From Leptogorgia sarmentosa (Eukaryota), in the NCBI GenBank assembly GCA_964658305.1, contig OZ210885.1, positions 15,996,001 through 16,060,000 of the forward strand: a DNA stretch of 64,000 nt, given 5' to 3'. Position numbers and translations under genes: made by a program. Position 1 is the stretch's first letter. Each line of letters starts with the position of its first letter. The notes under the pieces were generated by a model. The model was not told the origin of the DNA, ran no database searches, and saw only the letters and a program-made list of their open reading frames with translations. Below, in pieces: positions 1 to 13,492 of this stretch.

Positions 1-3000
1 CATCTTTTTGTTCCCCTCCTGTATCTGTCTTTGCCCGCTGTCTAATTCTTTTGCCATCTGGGACTTCCTTGGTAGCTCTTCCTAGCGGATTCTTGCACGC
101 TCTACATCGACAGAAATTCCCGCATCCCTTACTATTTTTTAGACAAGGACAACAAGAGGAGTATTTGCGTCCATTAGGAGCCTCCCTATCTATGCATGAA
201 TCAGTTGCATCTTTTCTTGTCATGCCACAGGTACATTCAATTTTTTTGTTGCTCTCTGACTTTTCGCATTTTTCACCATCTGATAAATCTGCAACGGCAT
301 CGTAATGGCCTGGTCCATCTCTTGTAAAAGTTAAAAATATGTTATTTGTCAATAAAGTCATCCGGGGTGATAGTAATGACCTGGTAGTTGGTCATATTTG
401 TTAGGAGTATAAATGGTGTTTTCAGCACATTTGCCAAAGCCTTCACCATTAGGTCGCCCATATCCCCGGAAAATACACCTGGCATCCCAAAAGATTCAAC
501 TAGTTGGTCATATTGTTTATCAACCATTGCTTGTAGAAATGGAAAGTACTTGGTTTTGTTTTCTTTTAGTTCATTTACCAATATTTTTCGGAGCAGCAGA
601 GCAATTTCCTCATTGGAATAGCATGGTTCAATACCTAATTCAACGTAATGTTGCGCAGCAGTACTAGTTTTCTCTTCACTGCTTGTCAAGAACTGGGAAA
701 CACTGTAGGCAATGGCATTGAACAAACAATTTCCGTCTTTTCTCATTGGTACAACTTGCATCCCAAAACGAACAGTTGCACAATCCACTCCGGTTTTGCT
801 CACTTCACCACCATTTTCAAGTGCTTCATTTTCTCCAGATGCACGGACAAGGTATCTCATTATTTCATTATGAAAAAATAAATCTTGCGAATTCGATTCA
901 GTTCCATTATCGCTGTTTGTTTTTAAAAAGTTATGCGATCTTAACATTGCTACTGCGCGTTTCACTACACCTTGATCAGCAATCTCGTTATTATTTCTTG
1001 GTTCTGCGTGAAAAACAGCTTCATTGTTAGCGGTATGATCATTTGAATCGTTCCCAATTCCAAATGTTTCATTCGTTTCCATGCCCGTTGTAGTTCTTTC
1101 CTGCACCGATGAAAGTAGTTGGACAATTGGAATTCCCTTTATTTTGTTTTTTCGTCGTGAATTCCACCCATAAAAAAAAACAGTAAGCAAGGCACCAGCT
1201 TTGCGCCAGCGAAGAGTTCGTTGATTTTTTCGTGCAAGCTCTCGTTTATACTGGTTGAATATCCAACTGGTATGCCAGATAAACATCCCAGAATTGTGTT
1301 TTCGCAGGTTCTCAGTTTCTTTCTCAAATGATTCGCGAAGAATGGGATTTTCAGGTAAGGATTGGGAGATCTGCTTCCATTTTTGAACGAAAAGATCGAA
1401 GTTTGCAAGCAGAATCTCCTTTGATGGAGTAGGTTTCAGTCGTTGGTTGCCTTTGTCATCGTGTTGTCTGAATATCATTGCGCATTCATGTTTGCAAGTG
1501 GCTTGGAAAGGATGAGTTTTCACGATAGTTTTTGTGATCCTTTGAGTTGCATGAAAAAGGTCGAGAAGTACGCGGATATCCTCTCCGAATATCTCCTGTA
1601 TTTTCTTACGCCAAGTGCAGCAGTTATCAATGATAAAGTATTTGATGTCGTTTGCGCATAAACTTGGCCGGTCTCTTATCTTTTCAAGGAGTGACTTTGT
1701 TATGTCAAATTGTTCTTTTTTTGTCAGTTTCCAACTCACTACCTCGTGTTTTTCATTCAGTACGACGAAAAGAGAATTGAATTGCTTCACCCAAGCACCA
1801 TCTGCATCGCGTTTAACACCAATGTTCACTGCCACCTTGAAACAGAATTTGGATATACAGTAGTATTAATAGAAAGTTATATTAAAGAGGATAATTACTG
1901 CGTTAAAAATTGCGTTTAAATAAAATCATAGGCGTACAGGCTACATTTTTTCAGGGGGGGGCAGAAAGATATTTGCCTGAATTTGAGGGTATAGTGAACG
2001 TCACGAGGTGCCACCATGGTTGGCACCGAGTGAGAAAATTTTGAACATTTAGAACCTTTAGATTGCCGAAATTTGCCCGAATTATCGACTTTGAAATTTT
2101 TTGGGGGCAGTTGCCCCCCTTGCTCCCCCCCCCCCCACCTCGTATGCTTATGATTATGAAATTCTCAGCTTACTTTAAATGTATGATCAGCCATTAAACA
2201 TGAGGCTGTAGTTGAGCGCATTGCATTTTTGTAAAGATCTTTTTGTTTCTCAAAATCTTTCAAAAATATGTCACAAAGGAGATCATCGCTTGGACAAAAT
2301 GATAAGATCTTTTCCTTGTACTCATCCCAACACGAACTCGAGCAATCAGGGATGAATTGTTGATTAGACGCATGTAAACGTTACCACAAAGTTTTGTGGC
2401 AGTTGAACTGTTGGTGCCTTGTTAGAGAATCTTGCAACTGCCACTCTAAGTAATTTGCTTGCAAATAAATAAATGATATTCTGTTGGAAACAAAGTCTCT
2501 GAGACGCTGTGTGAAAGGCAAAGTAAACACATACCTGTGTGTTAATCTGAACGGCGTATGCATAAATTGACTAATAGTTTCCATAAAATTCCCATTCGTA
2601 CCACGAATGAAATGTCTGCCTCGGTTACAATAATAGTTTCTTGTTATTAATAACGCTAGCCATTGGATGTCTAAAATAACATGTGGATTTAACGAGTTTG
2701 TGGACCCATCTGTCCTCTGCCTCGGACTCAACCGTGCGCCCGGATGGTCCAGACAAGTTATGGGGAAATTTGAAAATACATCTGCGTATTGCAATAGTGG
2801 GTCCCAGACATACGAGTTCGGTAGTGTATATCGATAGGCGCACGGTGTCGTTGTTATTAATTCTCTCGGCGGTTGAATTACGTGAAAATGCTTATCGATC
2901 TTGCCTTCTTCAAACTTCTCTATTACCTCCTTCACATAACCTTTCCATTTGTTGGATAAAACAACCGAAAATGAAACATTACAAAAGCCGTAAACGAATA

Positions 3001-3064
3001 AGATTTTTAACCAAATTGATTGATACCCGTTCATGTCAAAAACACTCGGAAACGTGTATGTCAA
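1..3064 (-). pseudogene. Disrupted DxxH-type DDE transposase-like + OTU + CXC fusion gene (copy A); runs off the left edge
   Basis: Motifs in order on the minus strand: YVWDPLLQY (ORF 2381-3064); exon ~2170-2380 ending ADHTFK/gtaag; intron to an AG at ~1837; then VAVNIG..LNEKHEV, IIDNCC, DLFHATQR; STSINESLH in a shifted frame (ORF 1139-1408); OTU DGNCLF. A further frameshift near 340 gives GPGHYDA and CTCG..C..CCPC..C..CRC..CKNP. Premature stop at 2381. Collinear with 44258-47713. Confidence 0.8.
1927..2152. mobile_element. Short non-autonomous DNA element (MITE-like) in the intron of copy A
   Basis: Imperfect inverted ends CATAGGCGTAC...GTATGCTTATG with G-run/C-run subterminal inverted motifs. 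No clean TSD seen. Confidence 0.45.
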
Positions 3065-3759
3065 ACACCTAACAGTAACACAGAGTTGAACATGTGAATT
3101 AATATGTCCTCAGTTGAGTATAACGATTGTGCAAGCGCAATCCTATAATGACACCAAAGATTCTTCAATTTGTATGTATTGGAACATCAGACCTTATGAA
3201 CACCGTGCGCGACAGAAATATCAGGCCTTATTTCCATTGCAATTTGCACGTCACCCATTTTTTTTTAAAATGCAACAGTTCGTATGATATTTATTGCATT
3301 CTTGATTACCAAATCACGATCAATTTTGTCAAGTACAACTTGATTATACATATAGGCCATGACTGGCCGTGTTAACAACAACAACTATAAAAAGACTGAG
3401 CCAAATTATACGTCTGGCCGCTTTCATGACGCTCTAGAAAAAACGGTAAACAAAATTACGAGGGGGTAAACACAAAAACTTCCTTTTAACACAAGGAAGA
3501 TACTCAGAAATTCCCTACCTTATATTTCCAGGTGTTTTCTTATATTTTGTGGGTTTTTACAGCCCGCTCTCCTTTGTATACAATTTTCCTTTATAATTTC
3601 CCGCTCTTTTCTAATACCTTGCGCATGCGCAAAACGTTTGACCGCGGTGTTGTGCGAGTTACAACTTACTGAATACTTACACCATTCCTAAATTTACTAA
3701 CATGTAGTATTGCAATAAATAGATATAATGCGAATGTGACCTCGAATTCGAATGTGACC

Positions 3760-6700
3760 ATGGAAGGAAATATAACTCCACTTTTCGTAACGATATTCTC
3801 GAAACAGTCGATGATGTTGAATTGTGGGAAACAGAAAGTCTAGACAGAAGCACATTTAGCGATTATTCTTTACTAAGTAGTAATTTTTCGAGGGAGAAGC
3901 AGAAATACGACATCTTCGACGGAGAAATTGGTTATAAAAAAGGCGAATCTATCATTTCGCTGACAAATTATTCGGCTCAATGCACTGGATACGTGACGAA
4001 AGATAATAAGGTTCGTGTACAAGAGAACCGCGAAGACGGCCTCGAAGACAGCGGTAACGAGGGCGAAATCACCCAAAGGTATATTATTACTTTGTTAACT
4101 TTATGCACTTACAGATGAACATTTTTCATGTTAACAATTTTCAATGTACGTATAAAGTATTATTGTATAGGTTGAACGTGTTTACCATGTACTGTATGTA
4201 AGTACAAATATATACCGAATATATGCCGTAGTTTCTGTTTACGTACCTCGCGGTGGACTGAAATATCTAATAGTTTATTTAGCCTGCGTACAGCAAGCGT
4301 TTCTGTGAGTTTTACAAAGAATATATATTCGTTCGGATGTTCAGAAGTTCATAATTATATTTGCAAACCCTGTAGTTAAATGTTGCATTACACTGATTAC
4401 AGTTCTTTAATTTCTAATTACAAAGGGAAAGCTATTATTTAACCTGGAAAGACATGTCTAGTCAGTTTGGAATCTTAAATGTGATATCGTCCACAAAGCT
4501 TTGGACTGCTCCTAGCAAAGAACAGTTCCTGCCACAGTTGTTCAAAGTGCTTTGTGACAAATACAGTTGTTCTCCAACTGTTCGTCGAGTATTCCCAGTT
4601 CAGGTTTTTTAGCAAGTTTTAGTTATTTTTAACAATCGCAAAATGTGAATCAATCAATGGACAATTCGCATAAGGCAAGCAACCTTTCAAAAGTAGAAAA
4701 ATTTCAAAATTTGTTGTGCGAATGGTTGTAAAATACGGAAAATATATACACAAAGTTTGTAAATTTTCTTTAATGGTGTTACGTGTTTGTTACGTACTCA
4801 AACCTTACCGTCTTCGGCTCAAAAATAGTAACAATTTCCGCAAACAACCGACAACAACAGATTTGCGAACTTTGCAAGCTAGGTTATATTTCCATATTAA
4901 GGTCTGTACGAGAAATACTTTCCCGTACAGACCAAGCAAGCGCGAGGTTAATAAAGGATTTATTATGTGGCTTTGTTCGATCGCAATTTGTTCTGACATT
5001 GTAGAAAGAACTAGAAAACACTTTCATTGCTAAAACGTTCAGCCGTATATACTGGCATACTGCGTGGCGGTTTCTGTCCGTTTACTGCTTTACAACGACA
5101 AAACAATAAAAATACAGCAAAGAAACAAATTGGATAAAAAATATAATGTAAATTTCGTGATAGACAACAAGCGTTTAATGCGAAATGAAGCCATTTAAGT
5201 GCTGCGAAAACAATGTTCGCAACAGTTTTCGAACTGTTGTTTTGTTCAGTGTTATTTTCACTTTAAAACTCAGCATTTGGGTCGTTTGTTTCTCTGGGGC
5301 AGTAAAATTCAAACGGGGATTGTTCTTCATCGTCATGTTACGGCATAATGAGATTTATTTTCCTTAAAAATTTTATTTGTAGAATAGTTTCACGAGCAGG
5401 CAAGATGAATTTGCGAGCGGGCAAGATGACTTTTTCCAGACTGCTAATCAACCAATCAGCGTGCGGCATTTATCTCAGCCATATTATAATTTACAATATT
5501 TCACGCCATTTTTTTGAATTTTGATACTTTTACTACTAAAAGGTTCTTTTCGTGAATTTGAATAAAATTCAGTTTTTTTGTGCAAATTGTCATTAATGTT
5601 ATTAATTGGCATTATAAAAATATATCGCATGTTATATATTGCATGAAAGCACTTCTGGAGAGATGATTGTCTACATGTTATTGTTTAAGGGTCTGGGTCT
5701 ACAAAATGCTGACATTGATGAACCGACATGGATTTTTGGGTCAGATTTTCATGTTAGATTGAAAGATGGTAAAGGTCAACGGTTGTCACCCATGGATTCA
5801 CCTTTTTGTATGATTGGTAAAGTAGCTGAATCTCTTCCATCTCTCAACATTGAAGGTATGTCACAAGGGAAGGTGTCCACGCTTTCTTCAATGTTTTGCT
5901 CTAGTAAGCGCTTGTTGGCTGTTTATGATTTGATAGGGCCTGTTGTATGTGTGTTAGTGAGAGCTCATCATTGAAATCTAATAATTCTAGTCTCAATCTG
6001 AAATATGGTATTCACATGTATTTTGAAGGCGTTTTGGATGAAGGAGAGACATTAAGAAAGGTTATTTCAATGAAAAAACAATCCATGTCAAGAAACTTTG
6101 AAGCAACTTTGCTGGTTTTAGGAGGTTTGGGCCTGGCTGTTCATTATGAGCAGCTCGCTATTCCATATGATGGAATACCTCTTGTTATGGCATATGGTGA
6201 GCCTGTTTCAGGGAAGTCACATGCTGTTGAATTTGCAATGGCAGTTATAGGGCAGTTCGACAGGATTGGAGGTATTTAATATATGAACCTCTATGATATG
6301 CATTTCTAAAAAAAAGGAATTAATGTCTGCACACATATATCTATATAGTGTCAGTGTTTGTTTATTTGTTTGTTCGAATTTTGCAGAGTGCAGCACAGCG
6401 GCAGGCATGGAATTACTTTCTCGACAAACTGTTCCATTCTGGTGGGATGATGCTGCCAATTACAAAACTTTGGAAGATATCGCTGTAGCAGCATTCAACA
6501 AAGTAAGATTTGACTTATATAATACTAACATATCGTCTCAGCACCCCCAAACCATGTATTTATATAACAGTTATCATGTAACAATTACGAACGTACGCTC
6601 GCAAGGCCTATTGATTATATTTTGCAGTCCAAAAAGAAGAAAGCCCGTGAGAAGACAGGCAACGTACAGCGCCCAAGAACGGTCCCTCTAATTACAATGA

Positions 6701-9250
6701 ATCCCTCTGCAATACCAGCTAGTGTTAAAAGGGACTATCACAAAAATAATAGGTACAGTACGTGAATGAAATACAGGGGGATTTAGGCTTTTACATGGGT
6801 ACATGTACGTGTAAAAACGCGTAACTGGAAAGCAGCCTTTAATGGCACGTCACATTACTTATTATTATCAGATTCACAGGGCATTTTCCAGAATAGCAGT
6901 TATTCCTTTTGAACATTTATAAACAAGCCAAAATCTGCTGACACAAAGTCGAGAAATTCACATGGCAGTAAAAGAGGCTACAGGCGATCTGATAAAGAGC
7001 GTTGATGTTTTTGTCGAGCTATCAACAACTTTCACCTCGATGGAGAGTGACCCACTGTGGTATAACATTCTAAAAATAGTGGAAAAAACGGATGGAATGG
7101 ACGTACGGCCGGCGACAAATTACAGTCTTCTTTTATATAGTACGGCAAAGGTATATACAATATTGAACGACCAAACACAAGCCTTTCATTTAAGTGAAGC
7201 CTAAAGTAATAATGTAATCATAACAACATCAATCCACGCATAAATCATTACCGCTGTGAGCGATTCTTAGTTGCGCTCGCCGGCCCAATCCTGCTAATGT
7301 AATGATTTCATGATGACTCATGTCTCGACTGCATGTAGATGTGTTCGATAGTGTGTTTTAAAAAACCTTAATATATAAGTGCGCAGTGAACAATTTTCAG
7401 CTACAAACCATAGGCAAAAATTACTACCAAAACCCCTCCCTAAATAAGTGCTTAATTTAAATAAGTAATAAGAAACTAACAGGACTTGGGTTCAAAGTGC
7501 GCACCCTGTGCCCCTTCTCCGTTCAAAACCTGGCTGACACACCTGTATCGTTTTACATTACAAGGTTTTATGATTTTGAATATTGGAAAAAATTGGCTTG
7601 CAAACATTATATCCAGAAGTCCGAGACTGGGTGGTAAACGTCCTTTTACCGCATCATATAAACCTGGTAGGGAAAGACAACGGAACGAATGACGTGGATG
7701 AACAAAAAGATGCTAGCGAAATTCACCCCATGTGGAAAGTCATACTCAACATGGTTAAAAATGCAATTCCTGATCCGACTAAGGTTAGTCCTCACAATTT
7801 TTATATATTTAGGGAGCAGAAATGCCGCCAATCTATTTAGCAGCAATTTTTTTTCTTATTCATTAACTTCATTTGAGACTGCTAAGCGCAAGAAAAAAGA
7901 TTTAAGCCGGTGTAACACGTTCTTGGGGAAGGAACAAAAATATACACTTATAGGTTAAAAATTGTTCATTTCCGAATTAAAAGGCATCGCTTGAGCGAGG
8001 TTTTTATACATGCATTCCTGTCACAAACATGTTTGTAGTGTGCAAGGATAAAAAAAATAGTGCAATTGCTTTGGACTTGTTAGTGAAACACAAAAGCCAA
8101 ATCACAGCCTCATGCGTTATATGTTAGAAAAGTATGTCCGATACTCTTGTTGCAATTAATCTAAGCTTTCTGCGATCATTTTCAGGTAAAAACGATTTTT
8201 AACCCTTGTCTAAGCGCCAGGACATGCACTTGCGGATTGGTATTTGGTTTTAACGTACGAGAAGGGACGAAGTTGGCTGGTGCGGAAGATGCACTGCGTC
8301 CGTACGTCGGTCAGAAATCGATTGGGTCCAGTGGAAAGCAGCATACTTGCACCCACATAAAGTTGGATTGCCTACCAGAAAAGCTACGTCTTGAACTAAG
8401 TAAAGGTATATATTGGTATATTAATAATTGGTATATCTTGCCCTTTTGTATATCAAGCGTTGCATAAACTTTATTGTAAGGAATGCACCTGTAACAGAGA
8501 GAATTTCATTGCCATTGATCAATGTTTTATGAGAATTGACCTTTACTTTTGTCTCATGCACAGCATTTTCAAGTGGAACAGACAAAGTTGCTGAGAAAGG
8601 CAAGATAATAATGATACTATTAGCTAGCCTATACTTTATCAAACATTTGTAATCGAAACTATATACATCATACATGATTCTTGTGTGCATGGCATGTATT
8701 TAGTTCATCTCATCGGAATTCAAACATATACAATTGCCCGTTTTAATTCGTGATTAAATGTGTTTAAAAAGGCACTTATAATTACACAGATGTCAATGTT
8801 TTTCATTTCAGATAAAGGTGAATGTTCAAATAATAGTGATGACAAAGGTACATATTAATCAACATAGAAACTTGACATCAATTCATAAGTGATTGTTTTG
8901 GACATTGAGTAAATAAATAAAAATTTTCCTTTTCAGCAAACAGTGAAAGTCCTCCAACCCTTCCTGTAACAACTGGAAGTAAAGACGGTACAGGTATGTA
9001 ATGAAACATACAAACGTGGTAAAAAAGAAGTTTAATATCATGCATGCATGATTTATGTTAGCGCTTATACCGTCGGTATATACATGTTGAAACATACGAA
9101 CGTCATTTTATGTTGAAACAACATTATTTAATTAACTGAGAACATCCAATATTTTCAAAAACATAATTTAAACTGTTAAAATTACTTAGAACCAAAGAAG
9201 GACCAAAAGACCCACTCAAGTCGAACAGTAAAAGCAGAAAACTAAAATGA
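3760..9250 (+). pseudogene. Multi-exon P-loop NTPase/helicase gene (DUF927/Cch- or SF3-like), probably degenerate
   Basis: GT-AG-bounded exons at approximately 3760-4078, 4425-4603, 5690-5856, 5937-6271, 6388-6502, 6628-6752, 6880-7150, 7564-7783 and 8186-8405, plus small 3' exons. Walker A GEPVSGKS, Walker B PFWWDD, motif-C-like PRTVPLITMN, Arg-finger-like FSRIAVIPF. The frame appears broken near 6920. Start and end are approximate. Confidence 0.65.
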
Positions 9251-9335
9251 ACTTCAAGATGAAAGTCATGAAAGAATGAAACTTGTGTTAAATAATTTAC
9301 ATTAGGGGTTTTAAAAGATTGTATCTTGATATTAC

Positions 9336-9575
9336 CATAGGCAGCCCAGAAATGAGCTGTTTCCTTTGGATAACCTAAAATCAATCGATTTTATGCATGC
9401 ATGATATTCCTTGTATCGAATGGCTGCATCGACATAATTTACGCGAGCGTCGCCCGATATTGACCGACTATCGCGCGACAAATTATCGATGCGGCCATTC
9501 TATAGAAGGGATATGCATAAAATCGATTGATTTTAGGTTATCTAAAGAAAACAGATCATTTCTGGGCTGCCTATG
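9336..9575. mobile_element. Palindromic MITE
   Basis: CATAGGCAGCCCAGAAATGA...TCATTTCTGGGCTGCCTATG, with arms pairing over most of the length. Confidence 0.75.
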
Positions 9576-9699
9576 CTTGCACAGAACGCTTCATGGATTT
9601 TAATAAAACAAAGGTGTACTGGCAACAGTCTGCTTAATGTGATTTAACTATATACTGCAAACACACACTTATGGAGAGTGATAGACACTCATGCATGCA

Positions 9700-9878
9700 T
9701 TGGTATAGATACCGAGGGAGAATTGTAGATAGTTGTGGAGTGTTATATGCACCTATGGAGTGTTATAGATAGGTATGGAGTATTATATATACCTATGCAG
9801 TGTTATAGATACTTATATATACCTATGGAGCGTTATAGATACGTATAATAGAGTGTTATAGATGCCTATGGAGTATTA
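9700..9878. repeat. 20-bp tandem repeat, left part (unit ~TATAGATACCTATGGAGTGT)
   Basis: Degenerate copies of the same unit as 18098-18500. The array is split by the BEL insertion. Confidence 0.85.
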
Positions 9879-10024
9879 TGTAATATTTTATCGTAAAACT
9901 ATCGCTTTGTTCGAACCTCACACACACCGACTTCTTTCCAATAACAACCATTTATTATACACTTTTACACGTGCCCATAAATTACATAAATTACAACAAT
10001 TAACATAAATTTAGAGTTCTTACA
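9879..10024 (-). repeat. 3' LTR of the BEL element (146 bp)
   Basis: Begins TGTAAG and ends TTACA on the minus strand, immediately after the PPT CAGGGGGGAG. Matches 17996-18097. Confidence 0.9.
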
Positions 10025-10144
10025 CTCCCCCCTGTTGACTCATAACATGAACAACAGTAACAAAATGTCAACTAAATTTCTGAGTATCTTCTTCTTAATT
10101 CTCCGGCCACCGCCGCTGTTCTTCTACGTCTGTCATTGTCCCTG

Positions 10145-11317
10145 CTAGATGGCTCTACTGGAGTGACTTCTTGCTTCGTTGGTTCCGAGGTGTGAATTTC
10201 TAACGGTATTCGATGTTGTATAACTCTTTTTAACCTTGAAGGGGGTGACCTTGCTCTGAAATGGTTTTAACCATGGCTGATCTAACCTTCCCATCTCTGC
10301 TTTCAATAAGTTCGTCGACCTTTGCAAGCTTCCAGAAATTTCTTGATGTGAAATCTGACTTAAGCAATACAATGTCGCCGACCGCAATTTCGGTTGGATT
10401 TAACTTGTTTACACCGTATGATTTAGTTTTGTTCTCTCGAAGATTAAGGAGATAATTACGCCGCCAGTCGTTCGTAAAGTGTCGTAGCAGCTCACGATGA
10501 TGCTTCGCTCTTCTTGTTAAAGAGTTGTTTGTGCTTACCACCTCAAAGTGGCTACTGTTGGCCATGTTGGTAATTCGTCGTCCCGAGATGAGGTGTGACG
10601 GGGTAAGGGGATAGGAAACCGACTCGGTATCATCGTATACGTAGGTCAATGGCCGAGCGTTAATGATTGATTTGACCTCGATTAAAATAGTGCTCAACTC
10701 CTCATACGACAGTGTCGCTCGTCCAATGGATTTCTTCAAGCTTTGCTTTACGGTTTTTACCATCCTTTCCCAAAACCCACCCCACCAAGGCGCTCGATTG
10801 GCGATAAATTTCCAGGTTACACGGTTGGTGGCCAAATAACGGAGCACTTCTTCTGAACAAATTATTCTCTTCAACTCATTCGAGGCGGCTTTGAATGTTT
10901 TAGCGTTATCTGAGATAATAGTAGCTGGTAATCCTCTTCTTCCGACAAATCGACGAAACGCCAATAAGAATGCAGAGACACTCAGTCCTAGAGTACACTC
11001 TAAATGTATGGCTCTCGTTGAAGCGCACGTCATAAGCAAAATATATACCTTTGTAGCTTTGCTGTTGACTGTCCGATCTCCCCCTTTCGTGATTAATTGG
11101 TTTGTTATAAAGAGGACCTGCGAAGTCCAATCCCGTATGTGAAAATGGGGGGTCTTCGGACACTCGATAACTCGGCAAATCGGGAACACAAACAGGATTG
11201 TATGCTTTCCCTTCCAACTTTCCGACAAACTACGCATTGCCTAATGCATTTCTTTACTGCCTCTCGTCCCTTGAGAATCCAAAACCTTTCACGTAACGTC
11301 GATAAAGTGTCTCTTAT
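10145..11317 (-). pseudogene. BEL integrase (zinc finger remainder, DDE core, C-terminal domain), frameshifted
   Basis: IRDTLSTLRERFW..C..C, PFSHTGLDFAGPL, TRAIHLE, ISDNAKTF, APWWGGFWERMV, INARPL. Confidence 0.9.
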
Positions 11318-12058
11318 TATTCTCGCGTTTGTTTTAATTGAGGAGTGAGCATATTATTTAAATCGGTGTAATCAGTGTCATATCTCAGTGAGGAAATTTA
11401 CATCTGTCAGGCACAGGCCAGTGAAATTGTTTGGGAGAAATTGTTTTGAGTCAAACATGGCCAGTCTAAAGTTTATTTGTTTGATTGTTTTGCTTGATGG
11501 AGATCGTTGAAGGAGAAGTGCAAATTGAGGACGGACAGAGATGTCGCCAACGTGCTTCTCAACGAATATATGGCCAGAAATGTCGAAGTTTGGTACATAG
11601 TAATGTACGAAACAGTAAAAATTAACTTACATTACATTAAGAATCAAATATTTTACTGTTTCGTACTTTACTGTGTACCAAACTTCGACATTTCTGGCCA
11701 TATATTCGTTGAGAAGCATGTTGGCGACACTCTGTCCGTCCTCAAATTGCGCTCTTCCTTCAACGATTTCCATCAAGCAAAACAATCAAACAAATAAACT
11801 TTAGACTGGCCATGTTTTACTCAAAACAATTTCTCCCAAACAATTTCACTGGCCTGTGCCTGACAGATGTAAAATTCCTCACTGACATATGACACTGATT
11901 ACACCGATTTAAATAATGTGCTCACTCCTCAATTAAAACAAACACGCCTTTATTATTGCCGGAAGTGAGACTAGACCGAGAATAACACTGACACATCCGG
12001 TGGAGTCTCCAGACGTAAACAAAGCTCGCACATGCGCAAAAGGGACTGTAACCCCTCT
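11318..12058. mobile_element. Long palindromic non-autonomous DNA element (possibly Kolobok-type), left end truncated
   Basis: ~300-bp inverted arms (11326-11620 versus 11650-11947). The right arm continues to ...ACCCCTCT followed by TTAA. The left arm lacks the matching terminal ~75 bp. Confidence 0.7.
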
Positions 12059-13201
12059 TTAAAAAAGTTGTATGTTCAACTGTCTATTTGTGCGTGCTCG
12101 AGATTTAGAAACATTCGAATGTTTAATTTTCACGCTAAATGAAAGATCCTTCTATATTAAGCAAAAATTTAACTACGTTTAAGATAAACCAAAGCACTTA
12201 TTACACAATGCTTATGTAGTAAACAGCGACAGGTGGTCTGGTCGTTATGTTATTCATATTTTAGGGCTCTGCCGACTGATTTCTTCTGATATCAATTCAT
12301 ATTAAAACAACTGATTTCAAAAGAACTCAGTTGGCAGATCGCCAAATTATGAATATGCACCCACCCCCCCCCCCCCCCCCAGGGCCGCCCAATTAACGTT
12401 CTATCGCCGGCCCTGTGTGAATGGCATAGTTAGAGACAACCTTTGTATTTGGAATTAAACTATGTAAATACAAAAGGAGCCCACAGTAGTGTTTTTCCGC
12501 CTTATTTGTATTTTCCAGCATTTATCTCTTTTCACGGGTCCAGGTTCTCTTATAGTCAGTTGTGGTCTTGTTGCAGTGGTTCTTGTCTTCGGTTTTTGTC
12601 TTTTCACAAGCTTCTATCACTCTTCATATTTTTGAGATCAATGATGACTACTCAATGATAACCAACATTATAAAACAAGATATACTGTATAAATATCACA
12701 TTAGATCAAATGTCTTTGCCTATATTACTATATAGCAATCTTAGTCACCCAAATTTCAATGACCTAATTTATACATTTTGCAATTTGAAAGTCGTAATTT
12801 GCATTCATTTTGAGGAAAATTTAAAATCTCGAAATTTCACACGGAGGAATGTTGACACACAAACTGGTTCTATAAAACTCTTAATTTTGTTAACTGCTTT
12901 CATAGTTAAATGGTAGTTAGCTCTAGAAAACGCATTTCGTAATGGTTAACTTTCGCACTTCAACTACGTTTTTATACAACCGGCCCCAGTTGTATAAAAG
13001 GCCGCTCAGCCTAACCTGGGGCGGGAATTTAAAATTCAAAAATTTCCAGTTTGCCTATAAATTGAGAAATATTCTCCAGAATTGCGAAATCTTGGTCGGG
13101 AATGAAAAGAGTTTTCTTCTTTGGAGTTTCGAAGTATATGGGAATTTAGCTGTACATATATTTGTTGTTTTTTAGGTTAGAGTGACGTATCATACCACAC
13201 A

Positions 13202-13492
13202 ATGGCGGGAGAAACAGTAGGATTTAACGATCCAATTCATGGCCACATGGAATTTGATCCTTTATTGGTGAAAATCATACATACTCCATCCTTTCAAAGA
13301 ATGAAGAACATCAAGCAACTGGGTGGTTCATATTGGATCTTCCCTGGTGCCTCACACAATCGCTTCGAACACTCCCTCGGCACTGCGCACCTGGCTGGAA
13401 TGATGATTGAAAGGTTGAGAAATGTGGGCGATGGTAGAGACTATGTAACGGATGAAGACGTCTTGTGCGTTAAGATTGCAGCACTCTGTCAT
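13202..13492 (+). CDS. SAMHD1: SAMHD1-like dNTP triphosphohydrolase, isolated first coding exon
   Basis: [41 protein letters not shown]. Acceptor ttttag at ~13175; donor GTAAGT at 13493 falls between the H and D of the HD motif. No downstream exons noticed in the window. Confidence 0.85.

Noticed and set aside
3760..9250. Bacterial or phage contamination as the source of the helicase-like gene
   Set aside because: The gene is split by many spliceosomal GT-AG introns and embedded among animal transposons.
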